Shown: positions 27,128 through 35,856, counted from the stretch's first letter. The stretch is 64,000 bases of DNA from Candidatus Babeliales bacterium (GCA_017992075.1 JAGOPI010000001.1:3358-67357), one strand, 5' to 3'. Made by a program: numbers and translations. Notes: generated by a model not told the origin, from the sequence alone.

Positions 27128-29230
27128 ATGGTCAAAACTTTTAAGTTAAAAACCTTAGGGTACGAAGTTACGATTGGCAAATTTGCTGGTCAAGCTGACG
27201 GAGCTGTATGGTTACGCCATAAAGATACCGTTATTTTATCAACAGCTGTGATGGCAGATACAAAAAATTTTCCAGGGTTTTTACCGTTGTCGGTTGATTA
27301 TCGAGAATATTTTTCTGCATCAGGAAGAATTCCAGGTGGATATCTTAAAAGAGAAGGTCGTTCATCAGATCATGAAATTTTGACAAGTCGATTAATTGAC
27401 CGTACCATTCGTCCTTTATTTCCTGATTATTTTTTCAATGAAGTACAAGTTCTTTCAACGGTATATTCACTTGATAAAGATGCATTACCATCTCCTTTAG
27501 CGTTACTTGCTTCATCATTAGCATTGTGTATTTCAAAAATTCCTTTTGCAGGTCCTGTTGGTGCAGTTCAAGTAGGTCGTATTGACGGTACTTGGGTGAT
27601 GAATCCAACAAAAAATCAGCAAGAAATTTCAGACATAGCATTAGTAGTTGCAGGAACCAAAGATGGTTTATGCATGGTTGAAGGTAGCAGTGCTCATTTG
27701 TCTGAAGATGAATTTATTGATGCATTGTTTACTGCACATGAAGCGATTAAAGAACAGGTTTTGTGGCAAGAAGAAATTTGTAAAGAAGTTGCAGTTGCAA
27801 AAGTAACTCCTACAGAATCAAATTTTGATTGGACATCATGGCATGCAACATTAACTAACTTTTTTACATCATCTCGTATTGATGAAATTTTTCAACATGG
27901 CGCAGAAAAACAGGCACGCAAAGATGCAATGAAACGATTAAAAATTGCATTCTATGCCGAGTATGTTGGTGATAAAATTGTTGAAAAAACAGAAGAAGCT
28001 CAAAAGTTAGATTATCTGTTTGATTCAGCTTTAAATGATGCAGTTAGTCTTGAAATTTTAAAACGTAAATCTCGTGTTGATGGTCGATTATTTACTGATG
28101 TTCGTCCTATTTCAACAGAAGTGCGTTTAATGCCATTGGTACACGGTTCAGCATTCTTTCGACGTGGTCAAACACAAGCGTTAGTAAGTGCGACACTTGG
28201 TAGCGGTAAAGACGCGCAACGTATTGATGATTTGCTTGAATTAGAACCATTAGATATTTCATTTATGTTGCATTATAATTTTCCACCGTATTCTGTAGGT
28301 GAAGTAAAACCACTTCGCGGACCAGGACGTCGGGAAATTGGACATGGACATTTGGCAGCATCAGCAATTAAACGTGTACTTCCTGACAAAAAAGATTTTC
28401 CATACACGATTCGTGTAATTTCAGATATTTTAGAATCAAACGGTTCAAGTTCAATGGCAACAGTTTGCGGAACAACGATGGCATTAATGGATGCAGGCGT
28501 TCCAATTTCAAACATGGTTGCAGGTATTGCAATGGGATTGTTGTCTGATGCTTCAGGACAATTTCAAGCCATTACTGATATTACAGGTTTTGAAGATGCT
28601 TTAGGTTTAATGGATTTTAAAGTTGCAGGAACTCGTTCTGGTATTACTGCAATTCAAATGGACATTAAATATAAAGGTGGACTTCCTCGCGAAGTATTTG
28701 AAAAAGCATTAGCGCAAGCAAAACAAGCTCGTCTTTTCATTTTGGATGAAATGAGCAAAGTTATGGATAAACCAAATAAAGAATTGTCACCGCTTGTTCC
28801 AAAAATGATTTCAATTCAAATTGATCCAAATAAAGCTGGAGCTGTTATTGGTTCTGGTGGAAAAATTATTAAAGAAATTATTGAAAAAACTGGAACAACT
28901 ATTGATATTGATGGATCAGAAGTTAACATTTTTGGAGCACCAGGATCAAATATTGATCAAGCAGTTGCTTGGGTGAAAATTTTATCTGATCAGTTGGAAT
29001 CAGGTGTAGTTCTTACAGGAACGATTGCTCGTTTATCTGATTTTGGATTGTTTATCGACATTGCACCTGGGAAAGCAGGACTTTTACACATTTCAAAAAT
29101 TTCTCGTGAAAAACAAGAAGATCCGGATAAATATTTTCCAATTGGTAGTGAAATTAAAGTTCGTGTCATGGAAGTTGATCGAGAAAGTGGCAAAATTCGT
29201 CTTGATTTTGCAGATCCTAAAGCTCGATAA
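27128..29230 (+). CDS. pnp: Polyribonucleotide nucleotidyltransferase (PNPase)
   Basis: 700 aa with two RNase PH domains (GRIPGGYLKREGR; SNGSSSMATVCG) followed by KH (GKIIKEI) and S1 domains. Confidence 0.96.
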   Translation: MVKTFKLKTLGYEVTIGKFAGQADGAVWLRHKDTVILSTAVMADTKNFPGFLPLSVDYREYFSASGRIPGGYLKREGRSSDHEILTSRLIDRTIRPLFPDYFFNEVQVLSTVYSLDKDALPSPLALLASSLALCISKIPFAGPVGAVQVGRIDGTWVMNPTKNQQEISDIALVVAGTKDGLCMVEGSSAHLSEDEFIDALFTAHEAIKEQVLWQEEICKEVAVAKVTPTESNFDWTSWHATLTNFFTSSRIDEIFQHGAEKQARKDAMKRLKIAFYAEYVGDKIVEKTEEAQKLDYLFDSALNDAVSLEILKRKSRVDGRLFTDVRPISTEVRLMPLVHGSAFFRRGQTQALVSATLGSGKDAQRIDDLLELEPLDISFMLHYNFPPYSVGEVKPLRGPGRREIGHGHLAASAIKRVLPDKKDFPYTIRVISDILESNGSSSMATVCGTTMALMDAGVPISNMVAGIAMGLLSDASGQFQAITDITGFEDALGLMDFKVAGTRSGITAIQMDIKYKGGLPREVFEKALAQAKQARLFILDEMSKVMDKPNKELSPLVPKMISIQIDPNKAGAVIGSGGKIIKEIIEKTGTTIDIDGSEVNIFGAPGSNIDQAVAWVKILSDQLESGVVLTGTIARLSDFGLFIDIAPGKAGLLHISKISREKQEDPDKYFPIGSEIKVRVMEVDRESGKIRLDFADPKAR

Positions 29231-29272
29231 AATTAATTAAAGACTTTTATAGCGGATTGTAGGTTTTTTATT

Positions 29273-30238
29273 ATGCAATTAACAGATTTTTGTGCACAAA
29301 GTTCAAAAATTTTGGCACAACAGCCATCGGTTATTTTGTTTACAAGTAAAAATTACAGTCCGCTTTCTTTTGCACAAATTTTATATTGGTTGCAACAACA
29401 AAATTTTTTGTCATTTCAAAAATTAGATTTTGATCTTGATTTAAATCAAATTCAAATGAAACTGTATACGACATTTCTTGGTCAAAGTTGTATATTTTGG
29501 TTTGGAGATGTATCTTTGATTTCTGCAAAAAAAAAGCGAACTGATTGGTTACAATTTTTACAATCATATGAAGGGCCACATCAAATTATTGGCTGGTTGA
29601 GTGAAGATGATGTGTCCGTTATAGTTTCAACAAAGTTAGATTCAAATATTAAAAATATAAAAATTGAAGTGCCTGAAAAAATTTCTTCTGAAATGGTTCA
29701 TAAAATTTCATTTTTATATCAAGGACATAAGCCTGAAATTGCAGCATATTTTTTTGGTCGATTGTATCGATATCATAAAGAATTTAGTTTAGAACAATTA
29801 TGTTTACTTTCAAAATATGCAGGGATTTTGGGTAAAAGTATGGATTTATTTTTTGATGCATGGCTTAAGGAATTGGTGATTTCTGATGTTTCACTTTTTT
29901 ATCTTGCACAATTATTTTTTGAAAAAAAAGCAGATCAATTTTTTACAGAGTGGCATATAGTACGTAGTCATTATTCTGAGCAATTTTGGACAGTATTTTT
30001 TTCAGATCAATTATTTAAAGCATATTTTTATGTATGCGCTCAAGGGCGAATTGATCAAGCTCAAAAGCAAATGACGTATGGATTGCCGTTTTCGTTTTTA
30101 AAACATGATTGGAAATTGTATCAACCATCATCGTTGCAACAAGCACATGAACAAATTTATAATGTTGATATTGCTTTAAAAAATGGTGGAAATAATTTTA
30201 TGATTGATGGATTTTTTGTAAAATATTTAGCTGGTTAA
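29273..30238 (+). CDS. Hypothetical protein (possible DNA polymerase III delta subunit, weak)
   Basis: The 321-aa size and helical C-terminal half are compatible with HolA, but I recognise no diagnostic motif. Confidence 0.3.
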   Translation: MQLTDFCAQSSKILAQQPSVILFTSKNYSPLSFAQILYWLQQQNFLSFQKLDFDLDLNQIQMKLYTTFLGQSCIFWFGDVSLISAKKKRTDWLQFLQSYEGPHQIIGWLSEDDVSVIVSTKLDSNIKNIKIEVPEKISSEMVHKISFLYQGHKPEIAAYFFGRLYRYHKEFSLEQLCLLSKYAGILGKSMDLFFDAWLKELVISDVSLFYLAQLFFEKKADQFFTEWHIVRSHYSEQFWTVFFSDQLFKAYFYVCAQGRIDQAQKQMTYGLPFSFLKHDWKLYQPSSLQQAHEQIYNVDIALKNGGNNFMIDGFFVKYLAG

Positions 30239-30291
30239 GCTAAATCTGGATTTTGACTTATAATATCTATAAATAATTCTTCATTTAATTT

Positions 30292-31248
30292 TTATTGTAC
30301 ATTACTTGCAAGTGTTGACTCTGATAGGGTTGTTGCAATTGCAGGAACATTTTCAATGTTAATACTTACAGGACTTACAATTAATGGATTTTCTCGACAA
30401 TAAGGACATTCAGTTGTTTTATTTGCATTGTTCATTTTTTGAATACAATTTGTACATAAAAATTGATTACAGCAATCTGTTTTGTAATTTTTGATATTGT
30501 CTTTTGCTAATGCTGTGACTTCCCCTAAACATACACCGCAAACATCTTCATCTGTTAAAACTTGAGTTTGTTCGTTTGTATAAATATTTCTTTTTTCATT
30601 TTCAAATAAATTCATTAAATTTTCAAATGAATTTTCTTCATATTTTTGAATCATTTCGCGTTGAAGTTGTTCTTCTGTTACATAAGGATTATCAATGGAT
30701 TTTAAATTTTCAGTATTATTTTGATCCATTGCAGGAGTATTCATTGTAAAAGTATTGAATAGATTTGAAAGATTCAGTCCTCGATGTGTCATTTTTGTTA
30801 AAATTTTTGCTCTATCTATATCTGATCTGAAAATTTTAGGTTGATTAATTGAGAAAAAGACATGTTTCCCAAAATTATCATGTGCATTTACATTAGCTCC
30901 TTTATCTATTAAATAAAGAGCAATATCAGTATTTGGATTATAGGTAAGAGCATAATATAAAGGAGTTTTTCCTAATTCTGATTTTTTATTTATATGTGCT
31001 CCTTTAGAAAACAACAATTCTAAAACTTTTGGATCATTTGTAGTCATTGCTGCTTTATGGATAGGAGATATTATTTCTAATAGATCAGTGTCCATAAAAG
31101 GTTCTACAAAACTATTGTTATTGTTATTATAATCATGCTTCATTCCTTTAATGTCATTATTTGTAATTGATTGAACGATATCAGCTTGAATTGTTGGCAC
31201 TAAGCCACTGATCAGTAAAAAACTTAAATATGTTTTTTTAAAATTCAT
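30292..31248 (-). CDS. Secreted ankyrin-repeat protein with C-terminal RING-like (8-Cys) zinc finger
   Basis: Signal-like MNFKKTYLSFLLISGLVPTIQA. ANK repeats (SPIHKAAMT..., GKTPLYYALTYNPNTDIALYLIDKGANVNAHDNFGKH). C-terminal pattern C-x2-C-x18-CC-x4-C-x2-C-x12-C-x2-C. The start is the ATG at 31248, with GAAGG upstream. Confidence 0.75.
   Translation of the reverse strand: MNFKKTYLSFLLISGLVPTIQADIVQSITNNDIKGMKHDYNNNNNSFVEPFMDTDLLEIISPIHKAAMTTNDPKVLELLFSKGAHINKKSELGKTPLYYALTYNPNTDIALYLIDKGANVNAHDNFGKHVFFSINQPKIFRSDIDRAKILTKMTHRGLNLSNLFNTFTMNTPAMDQNNTENLKSIDNPYVTEEQLQREMIQKYEENSFENLMNLFENEKRNIYTNEQTQVLTDEDVCGVCLGEVTALAKDNIKNYKTDCCNQFLCTNCIQKMNNANKTTECPYCRENPLIVSPVSINIENVPAIATTLSESTLASNVQ
30920..31006. 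repeat. 87-bp block identical between the two ANK-RING paralogs (copy 1)
   Basis: gcaatatcagtatttggattataggtaagagcataatataaaggagtttttcctaattctgattttttatttatatgtgctccttta is identical to 31711-31797. Confidence 0.9.
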
Positions 31249-31277
31249 GATTGTTGTAACCTTCATTTTTTTATAAT

Positions 31278-32039
31278 TTATCTAGTTACTGTTAATAGTT
31301 GAGGGATCACAGTTGCAAATGCTTGATTAGTATCGTTATCAATATTGACCATTACAGGATTTACCTTTAATGGATTTTGGCGGCAAAATGGACAGGATAT
31401 TGTTCTTCCTGATTCTTTAATACCGCTAATACATGTTGCACATAAAAATTGTTTGCAACAATTTGTTTTATAATTTTGTACATTATCTTGAGCTAAGGTT
31501 TTTATAGATTCATAGCAAACAATGCAACGATCTTCATCATTTAAATATTGAGGATTAGAGAATACAATAGCTTTTATTAATTCTAAGAGTTCTTTTTTAT
31601 CTTTATAAGATCTATAGACATTTGGATTATTAACTTGAAAAATAATATTATTGTCGCCGCCGTAATTACCGATTGTAGTTACATCGGCACCATTGTCAAT
31701 TAAAAAACGGGCAATATCAGTATTTGGATTATAGGTAAGAGCATAATATAAAGGAGTTTTTCCTAATTCTGATTTTTTATTTATATGTGCTCCTTTATAA
31801 AGCAACAATTCTAAAATTTTTGGATCATCAGCTGTCATTGCTGCTTTATGAATAGGAGATATTATTTCTCCTAAATTAGGATCTTTAAATGCTTGAACAA
31901 AGCTAGTATTGTTTTCATTGTAATCACGCTTCATTCCTTCAATATCATTGTTTATAATTGAGTCAATGATATTAGCTTGAATTGTTGGAACTAAGCCATT
32001 GATCAGTAAAAAGCTAAAAAATATTTTTTTTAAATTCAT
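31278..32039 (-). CDS. Secreted ankyrin-repeat protein with C-terminal RING-like (8-Cys) zinc finger (paralog)
   Basis: Signal-like MNLKKIFFSFLLINGLVPTIQA. It has the same ANK core and identical Cys spacing (CIVC-x18-CC-x4-C-x2-C-x12-CPFC). The start is the ATG at 32039, with the same aaggttacaa-N-ATG context as its neighbour. Confidence 0.75.
   Translation of the reverse strand: MNLKKIFFSFLLINGLVPTIQANIIDSIINNDIEGMKRDYNENNTSFVQAFKDPNLGEIISPIHKAAMTADDPKILELLLYKGAHINKKSELGKTPLYYALTYNPNTDIARFLIDNGADVTTIGNYGGDNNIIFQVNNPNVYRSYKDKKELLELIKAIVFSNPQYLNDEDRCIVCYESIKTLAQDNVQNYKTNCCKQFLCATCISGIKESGRTISCPFCRQNPLKVNPVMVNIDNDTNQAFATVIPQLLTVTR
31711..31797. repeat. 87-bp block identical between the two ANK-RING paralogs (copy 2)
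   Basis: Identical to 30920-31006. Confidence 0.9.
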
Positions 32040-32344
32040 GATTTTTGTAACCTTTTGATTTAATATTAATATCCATTTAATATCAAAATAGCTTATCAGA
32101 ATAACAAAAATCAAGAGTTTTGAATGATTTTTAAAGCTTTGATTTGAAAAATGCTGCCATGCTGGTTATCAGTGTTAGATTTTTTTTTATTTGAAAAACA
32201 AGCGCTGAGGCTGCTAATTTTTCTTCAGCTTTAAATTTTGTAATAATGGGCGTAATCCTAATAAATTTGCTTGGTGCACGTATTGTTGTAACAGAATTAT
32301 CAAAATTAGTTCCATACTTTAAAAGCTACAATATAATTTGTTCA

Positions 32345-32968
32345 TTATTTTTGTCCGTATCTATTAGGTTGTACAATACCACCTGAAATGATCATAGCGG
32401 TTGCTTCATGACGGGTTAACTCAGTTTCAATAATTATATTTTTTGGCACCATGATAAAATTGCCTGATGCAGGATTAGGTGTATGAGGAACGTAAACGCC
32501 ACATAAATCGTTTTGAGAAATTTCATGTGGAATATCTTTTGTCATAAATCCGATACTGTAAATTCCTTGGCGTGGATATTCAATAATTACTACTTTTTTA
32601 AAGCTTGATTGATCATAACCAGTAAATGCATGAACTAATTTTTGAGTACCCATGTAAATAGTACGAACAAAAGGAATTTTGTTTAAAAGATCTTCAAATA
32701 TTTGAACTAATGGTTTTGCAAAAAAAGCTTTTAACACGATACCAATAATAAAAATGAATAAAATTAATAATAAAATTTCATGATGTGGAATCATGTTAAT
32801 TATAGGTACATTAAGAGCTTTAATTGGTTTAAGCCATTTGATAATCACACTGAAAAAAAAGTGAAATAGTGAAAATGTGATAGTGATTGGAAGTAAAAAA
32901 ACAAATCCTGTTACAAATAAATGTTGGGCGTATGTTAATGGTTTATTATATAAATCTTTTAATTCCAT
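32345..32968 (-). CDS. DUF502-family membrane protein
   Basis: Two N-terminal TM helices plus the conserved C-terminal VPHTPNPASGNFIMVPK...TRHEATAMIISGG pattern of DUF502 proteins. Confidence 0.7.
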   Translation of the reverse strand: MELKDLYNKPLTYAQHLFVTGFVFLLPITITFSLFHFFFSVIIKWLKPIKALNVPIINMIPHHEILLLILFIFIIGIVLKAFFAKPLVQIFEDLLNKIPFVRTIYMGTQKLVHAFTGYDQSSFKKVVIIEYPRQGIYSIGFMTKDIPHEISQNDLCGVYVPHTPNPASGNFIMVPKNIIIETELTRHEATAMIISGGIVQPNRYGQK

Positions 32969-33004
32969 AAATTTTCCTTAAATAGTTTTGAAAAATTAAA
33001 AGGA

Positions 33005-33038
33005 CTTAGATTCCCGCTCAAAGTCGGGAATGACATAG
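33005..33038 (+). repeat. Palindromic REP-like element copy
   Basis: cttagattcccgctcaaagtcgggaatgacatag, with stem attcccg/cgggaat. It is intergenic between glmM and the DUF502 gene. Confidence 0.75.
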
Positions 33039-33064
33039 TGAAAAAATTTTAAAATTGATAAACA

Positions 33065-34525
33065 TTATTCCCTTTCCTCATCCTCACGAAGGCGGGGATC
33101 CATCTTTTTAGTTTCTTTTTTTAACTCTTCTAGTAATTCTTTTAAAATTTTTTCAGCATTTTGTTCATCTGTATCTTCTATCATGATACGCAAAATAGGT
33201 TCTGTGTTTGACGGTCGAACAATGCAACGCGCTTGATACGCGTGTTCAAATTTTTGTATTAAATTTTTAACAAAGGAATTAAATTCCTGTTTTGAACTGG
33301 AAATGACAAGATGCGATAGTGGAATTGTCGCATGTTTTTGAAAATGTTTCGCATATTTTCTATCTAATAGATTTGAATTTTTTGTTACAATTTGCAAAAA
33401 CATTAAAGAAGTAAAAATGCCATCACTGCAAAATGCATGATCCATTATGATGATATGACCACAAGCTTCACTACCTAAAAAAGCTTGATGTTGAATTAAC
33501 GCCTCAATTAAATTTCGTTCACCAACCGGTGTGCGAATTAATTTTTTACCTTGTTGTTCAAAATGTTTTTGAATGCCAACATTGGTCATGATTGTACCTA
33601 CAACAATTGAAGAATCTTTATAATTTTCATGTTGTGATAAAATTACTAAAATGTCATCGCCGTCAAATATATTTCCTTGTTGGTCAACGATGATCACACG
33701 ATCACCATCACCATCAAACGCAATGCCCCATGAAGCATTATTGTTTTGCACTTGCGTGATAAGTTTTTGTTGATCATTGCATCCCGAGTTTACATTGATT
33801 TTGTTGCCATCACAAGAATTGTTGATTGCAATAACCTGGTAACCAAGAGTTTGAAAAATACGTGGTGCAATTTGAGCAGTTGCTCCGTTAGCACAATCTA
33901 AAACGATTGATAGGTTGCTGTTTGTTTTTTCAATTGAATCTAAAAGTTCTGCTTGATACCATGTTTGTAGATCAAAATCGATGATTGATCCAGCTTCATC
34001 AGGCAAACTTTCATCAATTAATGCGGAATTATTTGCAAAGGTATAAAATAAATCAGTTAATTCTTTTTCCATTGCAATATCCATGTATCCAAATGGTGTT
34101 AAAATTTTAATCCCATTATATTCTGCAGGATTATGTGATGCGGTGATAACAATTCCCAAGGTGAAAAATGATTCATTATCTTCTTCTGTCATCCCAGAAT
34201 TTGATCTAGAATCTGAATCATTTAAATCTTCATCTTCGCCTTGAAAATCTTTAAGTGCTTTGGCAACAAATGGTGTAGGACAAATTCCTGCATCGAAAAT
34301 ATTATGACCAAATTCAAGTAGTCCTTCGATGAGTGCTTGTTTAATTTTGTTTCCAGAAGGTCTTGTGTCTGTTGCAATCAAAATTGGACAGGAATATTCA
34401 AACTCTTCTGCTAAAAGATAGCCGAGCGTATATCCTAAAATTTTTAAATTTTTTTCCTCTAAAAATCCAGTATGAGCTTTGCATCGAATGCCACTGTTCA
34501 TAAAAATATTTGACAATTTGTTCAT
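33065..34525 (-). CDS. glmM: Phosphoglucosamine mutase (with acidic insertion and element-derived C-terminus)
   Basis: Active-site loop GIVITASHNPAEYNGIK, metal site FDGDGDRVIIVD, GSEACGHII and RPSNTEPILRIM. An extra roughly 28 aa precede the active-site loop, and the extra C-terminal tail is KKMDPRLREDEERE. Confidence 0.9.
   Translation of the reverse strand: MNKLSNIFMNSGIRCKAHTGFLEEKNLKILGYTLGYLLAEEFEYSCPILIATDTRPSGNKIKQALIEGLLEFGHNIFDAGICPTPFVAKALKDFQGEDEDLNDSDSRSNSGMTEEDNESFFTLGIVITASHNPAEYNGIKILTPFGYMDIAMEKELTDLFYTFANNSALIDESLPDEAGSIIDFDLQTWYQAELLDSIEKTNSNLSIVLDCANGATAQIAPRIFQTLGYQVIAINNSCDGNKINVNSGCNDQQKLITQVQNNNASWGIAFDGDGDRVIIVDQQGNIFDGDDILVILSQHENYKDSSIVVGTIMTNVGIQKHFEQQGKKLIRTPVGERNLIEALIQHQAFLGSEACGHIIIMDHAFCSDGIFTSLMFLQIVTKNSNLLDRKYAKHFQKHATIPLSHLVISSSKQEFNSFVKNLIQKFEHAYQARCIVRPSNTEPILRIMIEDTDEQNAEKILKELLEELKKETKKMDPRLREDEERE
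33077..33103 (-). repeat. Decayed palindromic element copy overlapping the glmM 3-prime end
   Basis: On the minus strand, atggatccccgccttcgtgaggatgag matches the ggatcc...gatga termini of the family and encodes MDPRLREDE at the glmM C-terminus. Confidence 0.55.
34188..34216 (-). repeat. Decayed palindromic element copy inside the glmM coding sequence
   Basis: gtcatcccagaatttgatctagaatctga compared with the intact gtcatcccggacttgatccgggatccaga at 48878-48906; the differences are mostly G/C to A/T transitions. It is translated in frame as SDSRSNSGMT. Confidence 0.5.
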
Positions 34526-34535
34526 ATAATTGTTT

Positions 34536-34919
34536 TCACGTTGTTGAAATGTTACATAAAATAGTTGCTGGCATTAATTCTACCAGTTTTAACGTTTCAG
34601 GTAAAAAAAGATTTGCAGGATTTAAAATAATTTCATGATCGCCATCTTTTAAATCACTGACATCAACATGCAAAGCAAGTTCTGATAATTTTAAATGATG
34701 CATTTGATTTCGTGGTCCTGTAATTTTAATCAATGCAAATTCTGGTGCTTGAATTTGACGATCATTGTTTTGATAAAAACAGATTGGTACAGAAATCTCT
34801 TTGCTTACCCATTGAAAATTTGAACTAAAAAACCAAATGCTATATCCAAAAAAAATTGCAGCAATGCGTGTAAAATTAGGATGCAGAATGATTGGAATTG
34901 TTTTCGTTTTCTGTTGCAT
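34536..34919 (-). CDS. YbbR-domain protein (CdaR-like), single domain
   Basis: N-terminal TM helix, then KITGPRNQMHHLKLSELALHVDVSDLKDGDHEIIL, which is typical of YbbR repeats. It lies between the cdaA-like gene and glmM. The start is taken at the ATG at 34919 and overlaps the upstream ORF by about 44 nt. Confidence 0.6.
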   Translation of the reverse strand: MQQKTKTIPIILHPNFTRIAAIFFGYSIWFFSSNFQWVSKEISVPICFYQNNDRQIQAPEFALIKITGPRNQMHHLKLSELALHVDVSDLKDGDHEIILNPANLFLPETLKLVELMPATILCNISTT

Positions 34920-35748
34920 TTGAAACTCCTTGTGTTTGAATGACCCGAGATTCAATTTTTTGATTTAAAATTTGTTGACAGCTTTTCATGAGTTGATCAA
35001 TTGTTAATTGTTGTATAAAAGTTCCTTGGTGCCAGAGCATTGCCATTTTTGTTGTTGGATCAATTGACCAAACTAAAGCATCAGTTTTTGATGTTAAAAT
35101 AATAATTTCACCATGATTGCGATATTTATGAGCGGTTAATATTTCATTTATTAATGTTTCTTTCCATGTTGCGTTAAAGGTGTTTAATATTCCAGTTTGT
35201 GTTAACCAAAGAACGGTTGGATTATGCAAAGCATTGCTTGAAAAAATTAAATCAATGACATTTTGCTGCAGTGCTAAATGTAGCGGACAATGATTGTGCA
35301 AAACTGGTGCTAAATGATTTGTGCGTTCAATAATGCAGTACAGTTGTTTTTTTTGATATGCAGCAAGTAAACATGAACGTATTAAAAGTCCAAGCCAATT
35401 TTTTGCAGGTAATGTATGAGGTGTTAAATCTTTACTTGATGCAAGAATGAAATTTTTTTGTAACTGTTTTTGATGTAAAATTATTGATGCAATCATTACG
35501 ACAGGAGCACATAAAAACATGGTCCAAAAAAGTGTTGTGCAAGATGTTGTATAACTTGTGATCATAACTATTGCGTATGCGTAAACATATAAAAGTAGAT
35601 GTTTGGTATGATCTTGAGCAAGCCATTGAAGTATTTTGTAAATTATGAAACTAAAAATTACAACTTCAATATAATTTTGTATTGAATACAAGCCTAATTG
35701 ATCAGCACCAAATTCTTGCAATGATGAAAAAGGTAGTTTTGAGAACAT
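34876..35748 (-). CDS. CdaA-like membrane protein with degenerate diadenylate-cyclase (DAC) domain
   Basis: Three N-terminal TM helices with FIIYKIL...IILHQKQLQ, parallel to CdaA FVIYKVI...IIFQPELRR. The DAC-like core reads YCIIERTN...[16 protein letters not shown]...TDALVW. The canonical HDGA is HNPT here and RHR is replaced by NHG/HKY. Synteny is cdaA-ybbR-glmM. Confidence 0.55.
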   Translation of the reverse strand: MFSKLPFSSLQEFGADQLGLYSIQNYIEVVIFSFIIYKILQWLAQDHTKHLLLYVYAYAIVMITSYTTSCTTLFWTMFLCAPVVMIASIILHQKQLQKNFILASSKDLTPHTLPAKNWLGLLIRSCLLAAYQKKQLYCIIERTNHLAPVLHNHCPLHLALQQNVIDLIFSSNALHNPTVLWLTQTGILNTFNATWKETLINEILTAHKYRNHGEIIILTSKTDALVWSIDPTTKMAMLWHQGTFIQQLTIDQLMKSCQQILNQKIESRVIQTQGVSNATENENNSNHSAS

Positions 35749-35812
35749 GTATTTTTCCTTTTTTTCGTTGTAATCTGTTTTTATTGTAAAATGTTATTTT
35801 TAAGATTTATAA

Positions 35813-35847
35813 GGATCAGATCCCGGCTCAAAGACCGGGATGACAAA
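35813..35847 (+). repeat. Palindromic REP-like element copy
   Basis: ggatcagatcccggctcaaagaccgggatgacaaa, with stem tcccgg/ccggga. It is upstream of trpS. Confidence 0.8.
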
Positions 35848-35856
35848 AAATTAATA

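Noticed and set aside
32115-32344. A 230-nt spacer upstream of the ANK-RING array was checked for a decayed third paralog or pseudogene.
   Set aside because: I saw no stretch resembling the conserved ANK core or the Cys pattern in any frame by eye. It is left unannotated.
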